A DNA stretch of 64,000 nucleotides, from assembly GCA_003169975.1 (NCBI GenBank), contig PNAA01000056.1:3123-67122 (forward strand). The letters run 5' to 3'. Under the pieces are notes generated by a model, which was not told the DNA's origin, ran no database searches, and saw nothing but the letters and a program-made list of their open reading frames with translations. The stretch is from Spartobacteria bacterium (GTDB lineage Bacteria > Verrucomicrobiota > Verrucomicrobiia > Chthoniobacterales > UBA10450). Every line of letters starts with the position of its first letter. Positions within the stretch are counted from its first letter, which is position 1. Below are positions 1 through 8,603 of the stretch, one piece after another. The position numbers and the translations under genes were made by a program.

Positions 1-75
1 ATCGCTCCGCACCCGCTTCTCCAGATTAATCGCGTAACTGAACAGTTCCCGCTCGCTCTTCTGCTCTCCCATCAT
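1..75 (-). mobile_element. 5' end (first 25 codons) of an IS5/IS1182-type transposase gene running off the left edge
   Basis: The reverse complement of 1-75 reads MMGEQKSERELFSYAINLEKRVRSD. From memory, the ELFSY..LE.RV motif is the usual N-terminus of IS5/IS1182-family DDE transposases. It is truncated by the window edge, so it is not in the ORF track. Confidence 0.45.
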
Positions 76-283
76 GCCAGGAGTGCTTTAACAGATCGCT
101 TCAGCTTTGGGTACTCTTATTTTTAGCGCCACGCCTTTGGGCAACACGCCCCATAGATGCGACCCCGTCTTCCGGCTGGCCAGCTCCATTCGGTCCGTTG
201 ATATGATGCGGACCGGTTCCGCCCGGCGGCCCGATTAATGCTTTATAACCGGATAAATTCAAACTTAGCAACGGCAACATACC

Positions 284-1789
284 ATGAATAATCGAACAAA
301 GTCACTTTGTCCCGGGCTCGCCTTTGGGCTTTCCCTCGCTTTCGCCACGCTCGCGACTCTTGTTACACAAGGTCACGCCCAATCCCTCGGTTCCGCCGAG
401 ACTTTCACCGTCTTGGGCGCTTCGACCGTCACAAATACCGGCACCAGCCAGATTATCGGAGACGTCGGGGTCAGCCCCGGCTCTGCCATCACCGGATTCC
501 CGCCCGGCGTCATTACTAATGGCGCACTGCACGCGAATGACGCCGCGGCGAAACAGGCGCATGCTGACTTTGCCACCGCCTACACCGCCTTTGCGGCCCT
601 TGTCTCGCCACCCGCCAATAACCTAACCGGGACTGATCTCGGCGGCCTGACCCTTGCACCCGGTGTTTATCGTTTTGACACGTCGGCCGCCTCAGCCGGC
701 ATTCTGACACTGGATGCACAGAATGATCCCAACGCACGCTTCGTCATTCAAATTGGCACGACCCTCGTCACGGCGAGCAATTCCTCGGTCCACCTCATCA
801 ACCAAGCGGACGCGCGGAATGTCTATTTTCAAGCAGGCACGTCCGTAACACTCGGCAGCGGCAGTACTTTTATCGGTAACCTTCTCGCTGGCGCCTCCGT
901 CACTGCGGTGAGTGGCACCAATCTGACTGGACGACTCCTGGCCCTGACAGGCGCGGTGACCCTTGATACAAACAACGTGACCAGTCCAGGATTGTCTTCG
1001 CCAACCCCGACTCCGAGTCCGGCCCAGCTTCTAAACATTTCCACGCGTCTGAATGTCCAGACCGGGGACAACGTCGCGATCGCTGGGTTCATCATCACTG
1101 GCAATGCGTCCAAAAAAGTAATCGTCCGCGGAATCGGCCCATCGATCGTCGGCCTAACGCCACTTTTAGCTGACCCGGTGCTTGAACTGCACGGAGCGAG
1201 TGGCGCACTCATTACAGGCAATGATAATTGGAAAGATACCCAGGAAGCCGAAATCATCGCGTCCACCATTTCCCCAACCAATGCTTTGGAATCGGCCATC
1301 GTCGCCACGCTCCCGCCCGATGCTTACACTGCCATCTTGAGCGGCAAGAACGGAACTACGGGCATCGGCCTCGTCGAAATGTATGACCTGGACGCTGCCT
1401 CCGATTCCAAGCTGGCCAACCTCAGCACTCGCGGCTTTGTCCAAACCGGTAACGATGTCATGATTGGCGGCTTTATCTTCGGTGACGGCACGGCCAGCGA
1501 AAATGTGCTTATCCGAGGCATCGGCCCTTCGCTCCCCGGAATTGCGAACGTTCTGGCCGATCCAACGCTTAAGCTTTACGATGGCAATGGCACACTCCTC
1601 ATGTTCGACGACAATTGGCAGGACGACGCGCTCCAGGCAGCAGCAATCGCGGCGACTGGGATTCCACCGCAGAACGCCTTGGAGTCAGCCATTGTCGCGA
1701 CCCTGCCCCCGGGTGTCTATACCGCAATTGTCTCAGGCAATAATGGCGGCACCGGGGTCGCACTGGTCGAAGTCTATCACCTCCCATAA
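284..1789 (+). CDS. secreted ice-binding-like (DUF3494) protein with two C-terminal tandem repeat domains
   Basis: Signal peptide (MNNRTKSLCPGLAFGLSLAFATLATLVTQGHA). AETFTVLGASTVTNTG...IGDVGVSPG..ITGFPPG is the typical DUF3494 opening. The C-terminal half is duplicated. Confidence 0.8.
   Translation: MNNRTKSLCPGLAFGLSLAFATLATLVTQGHAQSLGSAETFTVLGASTVTNTGTSQIIGDVGVSPGSAITGFPPGVITNGALHANDAAAKQAHADFATAYTAFAALVSPPANNLTGTDLGGLTLAPGVYRFDTSAASAGILTLDAQNDPNARFVIQIGTTLVTASNSSVHLINQADARNVYFQAGTSVTLGSGSTFIGNLLAGASVTAVSGTNLTGRLLALTGAVTLDTNNVTSPGLSSPTPTPSPAQLLNISTRLNVQTGDNVAIAGFIITGNASKKVIVRGIGPSIVGLTPLLADPVLELHGASGALITGNDNWKDTQEAEIIASTISPTNALESAIVATLPPDAYTAILSGKNGTTGIGLVEMYDLDAASDSKLANLSTRGFVQTGNDVMIGGFIFGDGTASENVLIRGIGPSLPGIANVLADPTLKLYDGNGTLLMFDDNWQDDALQAAAIAATGIPPQNALESAIVATLPPGVYTAIVSGNNGGTGVALVEVYHLP
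1027..1786 (+). repeat. two tandem ~120-aa intragenic repeats (about 1027-1392 and 1405-1786)
   Basis: Both copies share N(I/L)STR..VQTG..V.I.GFI..G....V..RGIGPS...LADP.L.L......NDNW......NALESAIVATLPP..YTAI.SG.NG.TG..LVE.Y. Confidence 0.8.
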
Positions 1790-1923
1790 TGGGGCCTGTG
1801 GGACCAAACCTCCGCGGGCGCGGAAGACAATCGCTCGTGAAGCGGTGGCGTACTTTTTGAATCACTCGCAAAATAGCGCCGTTAAGCGCGCTTGCGTTAC
1901 ACTCGCGGGAGATTGGTTAACGA

Positions 1924-2910
1924 TCATGGAATGAGCAGCACTTTCCCGATACTCTGGCGGCTCTCGAGATAAGCATGCGCCTTCGCTCCCTCGCGCAGGG
2001 GAAACGCTTTCGAGATTCGCACGTTCAATTTTCCCGAGCGCACCCACTCAAACAATTCCGCGGCGCGACCGATCCGTTCTTCGCGGCTCGTCAGAACATT
2101 CCAGAGATCGCCGCCGGTCAAAGTCTTCGACTCGTCCATCAGCCGGCGCGGATCGACCAAAGCGGGGTCGCCGCCCGCCATGCCATAGAAGACGACCTGC
2201 CCGCCTTTGCGCGTCACCCTCAGACTGGCATCGAGCGTCGCGCCGACGGAGTCATAGACAACATCCGCGCCCCTGCGATCTTTGGTTAAATTCAAGACTG
2301 CGTCCGGCCAGTCGTCGCCATAGAGGACGACCGCATCCGCGCCCGCTTCCAGCGCGGCGGCGCGCTTCGCCTCGCTGGAAGTGAGTGCGATGACCTTTCC
2401 GCCGAGCAACTTGATGATCTGCACGAGGAGCAGACCGACGCCGCCGGCCGCGGCATGCACGACTGCCTTTTCGTTAGGCGCGATCCGGTGGCTGTCCCGC
2501 GTCAGGTAGTGAGCAGTGAGACCTTGGAGGAGGAGCGCCGCCGCGGTTTCAAACGAAATGTCTTCCGGCAAGGGAATCAACTTTTCCAAAGGAACCATCG
2601 CCAGCTCTGCATTGGCGTGCGGACTATCGGCGAAGGCGAAGCGCTGACCCACTTTGACAACCGGAAGATCGTCAGGCGTGGCGCCCTCCGCATGGCAGAC
2701 CTCGACAACACCCGCGCCTTCGTAGCCAAGAATGTAGGGTGGCGCGCCGGCCAGGTGGTAGTTGCCACGCCGGCGGTAAATGTCGGCGAAGTTGAGTCCG
2801 ATCGCGCTTAGCCTAACGAGCGCGTGGCCCGGCGCGAGAATGGGATCGGGCAGGTCGCGATACTCCAGCACCTCGGGTCCGCCGAACTCTTCGAAACAGA
2901 GAGCTTTCAT
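1924..2910 (-). CDS. NADPH:quinone oxidoreductase / zinc-type alcohol dehydrogenase-like protein (MDR superfamily)
   Basis: 328 aa. MKALCFEEFGGPEVLEYRDLPDP...GLNFADIYRRRGNY and the AAAGGVG nucleotide-binding motif are typical of Qor-like enzymes. Confidence 0.85.
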   Translation of the reverse strand: MKALCFEEFGGPEVLEYRDLPDPILAPGHALVRLSAIGLNFADIYRRRGNYHLAGAPPYILGYEGAGVVEVCHAEGATPDDLPVVKVGQRFAFADSPHANAELAMVPLEKLIPLPEDISFETAAALLLQGLTAHYLTRDSHRIAPNEKAVVHAAAGGVGLLLVQIIKLLGGKVIALTSSEAKRAAALEAGADAVVLYGDDWPDAVLNLTKDRRGADVVYDSVGATLDASLRVTRKGGQVVFYGMAGGDPALVDPRRLMDESKTLTGGDLWNVLTSREERIGRAAELFEWVRSGKLNVRISKAFPLREGAKAHAYLESRQSIGKVLLIP

Positions 2911-3239
2911 TCGTTCGATCTCGCGGCCGGTATCCGTGATACGTATAGCACGGCGAAGGGATTTTTGGGGGAGCGCACGCGATCGGCGCCTCGCTGATCG
3001 CTTCTGCGGGCGCGGCGCTGGGCTCGAAAGAACATTTCGGCGAGGGCGCCGAAATGGGCACGCGGGGCGCGTGCGCTCCCCAGAGTCTGCCGCGCGAGCA
3101 CCGGGCGAGCTGATTCCATCGCTCGAGCCAACCGCAGAGCACGTTGCCGGACGAGCGGAAGCTCGTCCCTCCGGAGAGACTCGTCCTTCCTCGGCCCGCG
3201 CAGGATGACAGAATACGGTTTTGCTGCGAGAAAATCAAG

Positions 3240-5039
3240 ATGGACGAAACGAAAATCCCGACACGCGACGACATTCCCGAGGCTGACAAGTGGGATCTGT
3301 CGCAGCTTTTTACCAGCGCCGATAAATGGAGCGAGGACTTTGCGTGGATTCAATCGACCTATCCACGCCTAACGAACTGGAAGGGGCGGGTCGGCGAATC
3401 GGCCGCGACGCTCGCCGAGTTGCTCGAATTCGATAAGACGCTCGATCTGAAAATCGAACGCGTTTATCACTACGCCTCGCTCGAGTTGGCCGAGGACAGC
3501 TCGAATCCCGATTACCTCGCGCGGATGGGGGAGCTGCAGAATTTGCTCACGAAAATCGGCGAGACCGCGTCCTTCATCACGCCGGAAATCCAGGCGATCG
3601 AGGACGGGAAGTTTGCCCAGTACCTCGACGATCCGGCGCTGAAAGAATGGCGGATCTCCCTGCACAAGATCCGGCGGATGAAGCCACACGTCCTTTCCGA
3701 GAAGGAAGAACGGCTGCTCGCGCTCGGCAGCGCGGCGCTCGACGGCTACGACGATGCGTTTTCACAGCTCACGGACGTCGACATGAAATTCGGCGTGCTT
3801 ATCGATGACAAAGGCGAGGAACGCCCGCTCTCGCAAAGTTCCTTGAGTTCGTTTCTCGTGAAACGCGATCACGAGCTGCGAAAGCGCGCCTTTCACCAAT
3901 TCTACGCGGAGTTTCAGGATCATCAGTTCACCCTCGCGGCAGCTCTTTCCTATTCGGTCAAAGCGGATGTTTTCCGGGCCCGGGCGCGGAACTATTTGTC
4001 GGCGCTGGAGGCTTCGCTTTTCAAGGACGATATCCCGAGCGCGGTCTACGACGGGTTGATCGCAGCCGTCACGCAAAATCTTGCGCCGCTTTTTCGCTAC
4101 TACGATCTGCGCCGGCGCGTCCTTGGATTGAGCGAACTGCACCACTACGACACCTATGTGCCACTGGTCGCCGAGATCGAGACGAACGTCTCTTTTGACG
4201 AAGCGATCACCGATGTGCTGGATTCGCTGACGCCGTTAGGCAAGGAATATGTTGAAACGTTAGGCGCGGGTCTGCGCGGACGCTGGTGCGATCGCTACGA
4301 ATCGAAAGGGAAACGAAGTGGCGCTTTTTCGAGCGGCAGCTACGGCGCGCCGCCCTACATCCTGATGAATTACAAGCGCGACGTCTTCTCGGATATTTTC
4401 ACGCTCGCCCATGAGGCGGGTCATTCGATGCACACCTGGTTCGCGCAACGGGCGCAGCGTTATCAGGATGCGGACTATCCGATCTTTCTCGCGGAGGTAG
4501 CGTCGACGTTTAACGAAGAGCTGCTTACCCATTACCTCCTCGAGCGCACAACCGATCCGAAGATGCGCGCCTACATCATCAATCGCCAGATCGATGACAT
4601 TCGCGGCACGCTCTTCCGGCAAACGATGTTTGCCGAGTTCGAGAAAATCATCCACGCCATCGAGGAAAGCGGCGCGGCGCTGACGCTCGATGTTTTCAAA
4701 AGCGAATATCGCAGGTTGCTCGAGGCCTATTTCGGACCGGGCGTGGTGCTCGATCCCGAGCTTGACCTCGAGGGCCTGCGCATTCCGCATTTTTATCATG
4801 CGTTTTACGTTTACAAATATGCGACCGGCGTCTCGGCGGCGATCGCGCTGGCGGAACGCGTGTTGACGGGAGTGCCGGGAGCGGTCGAGGCCTATCTCGA
4901 TTTTTTGAAATCGGGCGGTTCGAAGTTTCCGCTCGAGACGTTGCAGACCGCGGGCGTCGATATGAGGACTTCCGCGCCGGTGGAGAGCACTCTGCGGCTC
5001 TTCGATCGTCGGGTGACCGAGCTCGAAGGCCTCTTGTAG
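3240..5039 (+). CDS. pepF: oligoendopeptidase F (M3B metallopeptidase)
   Basis: HEAGH zinc motif (TLAHEAGHSMH) and PepF-like length. I prefer the ATG at 3240 (MDETKIPTRDD...) over the track start at 3144. Confidence 0.9.
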   Translation: MDETKIPTRDDIPEADKWDLSQLFTSADKWSEDFAWIQSTYPRLTNWKGRVGESAATLAELLEFDKTLDLKIERVYHYASLELAEDSSNPDYLARMGELQNLLTKIGETASFITPEIQAIEDGKFAQYLDDPALKEWRISLHKIRRMKPHVLSEKEERLLALGSAALDGYDDAFSQLTDVDMKFGVLIDDKGEERPLSQSSLSSFLVKRDHELRKRAFHQFYAEFQDHQFTLAAALSYSVKADVFRARARNYLSALEASLFKDDIPSAVYDGLIAAVTQNLAPLFRYYDLRRRVLGLSELHHYDTYVPLVAEIETNVSFDEAITDVLDSLTPLGKEYVETLGAGLRGRWCDRYESKGKRSGAFSSGSYGAPPYILMNYKRDVFSDIFTLAHEAGHSMHTWFAQRAQRYQDADYPIFLAEVASTFNEELLTHYLLERTTDPKMRAYIINRQIDDIRGTLFRQTMFAEFEKIIHAIEESGAALTLDVFKSEYRRLLEAYFGPGVVLDPELDLEGLRIPHFYHAFYVYKYATGVSAAIALAERVLTGVPGAVEAYLDFLKSGGSKFPLETLQTAGVDMRTSAPVESTLRLFDRRVTELEGLL

Positions 5040-5121
5040 ACGCCGCCCTGCGGGCGGCGCGGGGAAAAACTGTCTTTTCCCAGCAGCGCCTACCCTCGCT
5101 TCGCGCAGCGAAGCGGCTACA
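5035..5121. repeat. REP/MITE-like intergenic element, copy A (second copy at 52435-52540)
   Basis: Terminal inverted repeat TGTAGACGC...GCGGCTACA. Two internal GC hairpins: CGCCGCCC-TGCG-GGCGGCG (5041-5059) and CGCTTCGC-GCAG-CGAAGCG (5097-5115). The left end overlaps the pepF stop codon. Confidence 0.6.
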
Positions 5122-5172
5122 GCCCGCCTCAAAATCCGGCTGAGGCCCGCGATTTGCTATTTCCACAAGCCG

Positions 5173-5640
5173 ATGAGGCTCGAATGGCAATTGCGCAGCG
5201 CCTGCGGCTACGCAGAACTCGGCATGGACCGCGAATCCATGGCCGAGCTGAACGCCATCCCAAAAGCCATGCAGGATCGCCCCGAAGTCCTTCAGCTGCG
5301 GCTGCATCATTTGATGATGCGTAAATCGTGGCAGCGTGCGCTCACCCTGAGCCGAAAGCTCTGCCGCCTTGTGCCCAGGAGCGGTGCCGGATTCCTGCAC
5401 GCTGGGTTTTGTTTGAACCAGCTCGGGCGAACGGAAGAAGCGCGCGCCATGCTGCTGAAGGGTCCGCCCTCCCTGCGCCGGGAGCCGATCTATTATTATA
5501 ATCTCGGCTGCTACGAGGCCCTCCTCGGCCATCCGCAGGATGCGCGGCGGCACCTCGAAACCAGTTTTCGGATGGACGCGAGCTTCCGCGAGATCGCGAA
5601 TGAGGATCCCGACCTGAAGGCGGTTCAGCCGTTGTTGTAG
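5173..5640 (+). CDS. small TPR-like repeat protein
   Basis: 155-aa ORF with helical-repeat character (LNQLGRTEEARAML..., YYYNLGCYEALLGHPQDARRHLE). No closer assignment is possible. Confidence 0.5.
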   Translation: MRLEWQLRSACGYAELGMDRESMAELNAIPKAMQDRPEVLQLRLHHLMMRKSWQRALTLSRKLCRLVPRSGAGFLHAGFCLNQLGRTEEARAMLLKGPPSLRREPIYYYNLGCYEALLGHPQDARRHLETSFRMDASFREIANEDPDLKAVQPLL

Positions 5641-5676
5641 CTGGGTCGGTGATCCCGGCTCCGCTACTTTTTACCC

Positions 5677-6840
5677 ATGCTGGAAAGACCGCCGCGGCAG
5701 CATCGAACTCCTCCAGCACGGCCATTGCCTCTCGCTCGAGTCACCGACCCCGGCTACAACTGTCTCGTGGAGCGAGAAGTGGAATTGCTGATCGAAGACA
5801 TCGCCTTCGGCGGAAAGGGCGTCGGGCGAGCGGAAGGCAAAGCCGTCTTTGTTCCCTTCACGATCGAGGGCGAGCGGGTCGCGGCGCGCGTCGTGCGAGA
5901 GAAAAAATCGTTCGCGGAAGCGGATCTGGTGACGGTGCTGGAATCCTCGCCGCAGCGCACCACGCCGCAGTGCCCCTATTTCGAGCGATGCGGCGGCTGC
6001 AGTTACCAGCACATGAGTTACGAGCATCAACTGCACTGGAAAGCGCGCCAGGTCCGACAGGCGCTTCAGCGCATCGGAAAATTTCGCGAGCCGCCGGTGC
6101 GCCCGATCGTCCCCTCGCCGCACGACTATGAATATCGCAACCGGATCACGGTGCATGTCGAGAACGGCATCGTCGGATTTTTCCGGCGCGACGGCCATCG
6201 GTTGATCGACATCGAACGCTGCCCGATCGCCGCGCCAGCGGTGAATGACGAACTCACCGCGCTCCGGGCGCGGCGCCCACGCGACGGCCATTACACCTTG
6301 CGCGCGCAGAGCGGCCCGCGCGTCTTCTCCCAGACGAATGACGCGGTCGCCACCCACCTCGCTGACGCGATCGCGGCCCTGGTTCCGCCTAACGAATCGC
6401 TCCTGATCGACGCTTACTGCGGCGCCGGATTTTTCGCGAAACGGCTGAAAGCGAAATTTTCGCGGATCGTCGGGATTGACTGGGACATCCACGCGATCGC
6501 CGCCGCGGAGGCGAACGCGACCGCGGCGGAAACCTATTGCGCCGGGGAGATCGCGACGCATCTCGGAGAGCGACTCGCGGGCGCCAATCTCAAGAGCACG
6601 ACCGTGATCGTTGATCCGCCGGCGACCGGCTTGGGTGCCGATGTGCGCGAGATCCTCCGTCGCTATCCGGCTGCGACGCTTCTTTACGTCTCGTGCAATC
6701 CGCCGACGCTGGCGCGCGACCTGGCCGATCTGGGGGCGGCTTTCACCCTCCAAAGCGTGACGCCCTTCGACATGTTTCCGCAGACCGCCGAGATCGAAGT
6801 TCTCGCCCATCTCACGGGCAGCGAGATCGCAGCTCGTTAA
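5677..6840 (+). CDS. RumA/RlmD-type RNA (uracil-5)-methyltransferase with TRAM domain and Fe-S cluster
   Basis: TRAM-like N-terminus (LIEDIAFGGKGVGR), Cys cluster CPYFERCGGCSYQHM, SAM-MTase motifs (DAYCGAGFF, VDPPATG, YVSCNP). The exact start is uncertain. Confidence 0.85.
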   Translation: MLERPPRQHRTPPARPLPLARVTDPGYNCLVEREVELLIEDIAFGGKGVGRAEGKAVFVPFTIEGERVAARVVREKKSFAEADLVTVLESSPQRTTPQCPYFERCGGCSYQHMSYEHQLHWKARQVRQALQRIGKFREPPVRPIVPSPHDYEYRNRITVHVENGIVGFFRRDGHRLIDIERCPIAAPAVNDELTALRARRPRDGHYTLRAQSGPRVFSQTNDAVATHLADAIAALVPPNESLLIDAYCGAGFFAKRLKAKFSRIVGIDWDIHAIAAAEANATAAETYCAGEIATHLGERLAGANLKSTTVIVDPPATGLGADVREILRRYPAATLLYVSCNPPTLARDLADLGAAFTLQSVTPFDMFPQTAEIEVLAHLTGSEIAAR

Positions 6841-6930
6841 CGAATTCTTAACGTCTGCGGCCATTCCTTTGATTGGCGCGGATGCGAAGTCGAGTTCCCA
6901 AGCGGGAGCGACAAGGGTAAGGTTCGACGG

Positions 6931-8253
6931 ATGCACATCTTGATCGTTGACGACGAAAAGAACATTCGCCGCGCCTTGACAATGGCGCTGGAATCGATGG
7001 AGCATGCCGTGACTTGTGCTTCGAATAGCGCTACGGCGATGGCGGAATTGCGCACCGCTTCGTTCGATGTCGTCCTCCTGGATCTAAAGTTAAGCCAGGA
7101 AAACGGACTCGATGTGCTGGAGGAAATCCTGCGTATCTCGCCGCAGACGGCGGTCGTGATGGTGACGGCCTATGCGTCGATCGAGACGGCGGTGGAGGCG
7201 ATGCGACGCGGCGCATTTGATTACCTGCCGAAACCCTGCACACCGGATCAGGTGCGACAGGTAATCGGGAGGATCGAGAAGACCCGGAAGCTGGAACGAC
7301 GGGTCGTCGAGTTGGAGTCGCGTCTGGGAGCGGACGGACCGGAGAGCGATCTCACGTCACAATCGCCCGCCATGCAGAAGGTGCTCGAGATCGCGTTCAA
7401 AGTGGCAGAGAGCGAAGCGATCGTTCTCCTTCTCGGCGAGAGCGGCACGGGCAAGAGCGTCCTGGCGCGAGCGATGCATCAACGAAGTCCGCGCCGCGGC
7501 GGAGCCTTTGTGACGGTGAGTTGTCCAAGCCTTTCGCGAGAGCTGTTGCAAAGCGATTTGTTCGGCCACGTCAAGGGCGCGTTCACCGGCGCGTATGCCG
7601 ACACCCTGGGCAAGGTCGCGGCGGCGGATGGCGGCACGTTGTTTCTTGACGAAATCGGTGAGTTGCCGCTGGAGATTCAGGCAAAACTGCTGCGGCTCTT
7701 GCAGGAGCGAGAATATGAACGGGTCGGCGAATCGAAGCCGCGCCGAGCCAACGTGCGGGTGATCTCGGCGACGAACCGCGATCTCGCACAGGCAGTCGCG
7801 GATGGCAAGTTTCGCGAAGATCTTTTCTACCGGCTGAATGTCATCTCGCTCCGCCTGCCGCCGCTGCGCGATCGCATGGACGATCTGGAGAAGATTGCGC
7901 GTAGCCATCTGACCTTTCTCGCCGGACACGCGGGCAAGAATGTGCGCGGTTTCTCGCCCGACGCGCTGACCGCGATGCGGCAATACGCGTGGCCGGGCAA
8001 TCTCCGCGAGCTTCATAACGTGATCGAGCGGGCGGTGATTTTGTGCAGCAGCGAAATGATTGAGGCGGACGATCTGTCCGACACGATTCAAACCAGCTCC
8101 GAGTTGCGCCTCGGCGGAAAACTCACCGTGCACGAAATCGAAACGGAGCACATTCGGCGGGTGGTAGCGAGCACGCGCAACCTGGATGAAGCAGCGACGA
8201 TTCTCGGCATTGATCCGGCAACGCTCTACCGCAAACGCAAGAAGCTCTTCTAA
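6931..8253 (+). CDS. sigma-54-dependent response regulator (REC + AAA+ + Fis-type HTH; NtrC family)
   Basis: MHILIVDDE...DVVLLDLKL receiver, GESGTGKS Walker A, GAFTGA loop, and a C-terminal HTH ([19 protein letters not shown]). Confidence 0.9.
   Translation: MHILIVDDEKNIRRALTMALESMEHAVTCASNSATAMAELRTASFDVVLLDLKLSQENGLDVLEEILRISPQTAVVMVTAYASIETAVEAMRRGAFDYLPKPCTPDQVRQVIGRIEKTRKLERRVVELESRLGADGPESDLTSQSPAMQKVLEIAFKVAESEAIVLLLGESGTGKSVLARAMHQRSPRRGGAFVTVSCPSLSRELLQSDLFGHVKGAFTGAYADTLGKVAAADGGTLFLDEIGELPLEIQAKLLRLLQEREYERVGESKPRRANVRVISATNRDLAQAVADGKFREDLFYRLNVISLRLPPLRDRMDDLEKIARSHLTFLAGHAGKNVRGFSPDALTAMRQYAWPGNLRELHNVIERAVILCSSEMIEADDLSDTIQTSSELRLGGKLTVHEIETEHIRRVVASTRNLDEAATILGIDPATLYRKRKKLF
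7841..8253 (+). repeat. direct repeat copy A (3' end of the sigma-54 activator gene); partner at 10503-10912
   Basis: Aligned by eye to 10503-10912: about 96% identity, with a perfectly identical core at 7930-8075 = 10592-10737. Confidence 0.9.
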
Positions 8254-8261
8254 GCCGCAGA

Positions 8262-8480
8262 TTACAGAGTTCGCCACCACCGATGCGTGGCGACTGCGGC
8301 CCAAACCACCTCAATAATCCCGAATGGCCAGGCGCCTTGCAAAAATCCGTACGTCGAACCCAAAACGCATGCGAGAGCGAAGCCTAGAATAAACCAACGG
8401 CTTCGCTCTTCTAACGCGTAGCAGATCATCATGCTCGTGACGGCCGCGAGTCCAAATAGTGTTAGCGCGTCAACTTTCAT
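8262..8480 (-). CDS. small two-TM membrane protein (hypothetical)
   Basis: 72-aa ORF with two hydrophobic helices (LFGLAAVTSMMICYAL, WFILGFALACVLGSTYGFL) and a WPFGIIEVVW tail. Confidence 0.5.
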   Translation of the reverse strand: MKVDALTLFGLAAVTSMMICYALEERSRWFILGFALACVLGSTYGFLQGAWPFGIIEVVWAAVATHRWWRTL

Positions 8481-8603
8481 CGGCTACGGGATGATTAGAA
8501 GATTGCTCCTCTCTTCCAAAATTCCAAACTCTGTCACGACCGGCGCGATGATCAGCTTGATTTATGACTCAGGATCTCTGACCGTCTCGCAAGAGTTTCC
8601 AGC

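Noticed and set aside
3144-3239. Upstream extension of pepF (track start at 3144).
   Set aside because: The extension (MPDERKLVPPERLVLPRPAQDDRIRFCCEKIK) has no PepF counterpart that I recognise. The ATG at 3240 begins the conserved N-terminus.
6834-6843. TCGTTAACGA at the rumA-like stop codon, as a copy of the abundant word.
   Set aside because: It is a palindromic fusion of the two half-words and not an exact 8-mer. I did not count it, and the desert boundary was set from exact copies only.
5671-7005. Very long antisense ORFs in the track. Examples: 5671-7005 minus (444 aa), 28057-29394 minus (445 aa), 54930-56093 minus (387 aa), 58257-59330 minus (357 aa), 7357-8304 minus (315 aa), 4260-5132 minus.
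   Set aside because: Each lies opposite a gene with unmistakable family signatures (methyltransferase, DUF1980, GlgC, helicase, sigma-54 activator, PepF). Their translations are Arg/Ala/Gly/Pro-rich, low-complexity strings typical of shadow ORFs in GC-rich DNA.
8481-8603. Sigma-54 or other recognisable promoter upstream of the orphan kdpA.
   Set aside because: I found no TGGCAC-N5-TTGC-like element with correct spacing and nothing else convincing.
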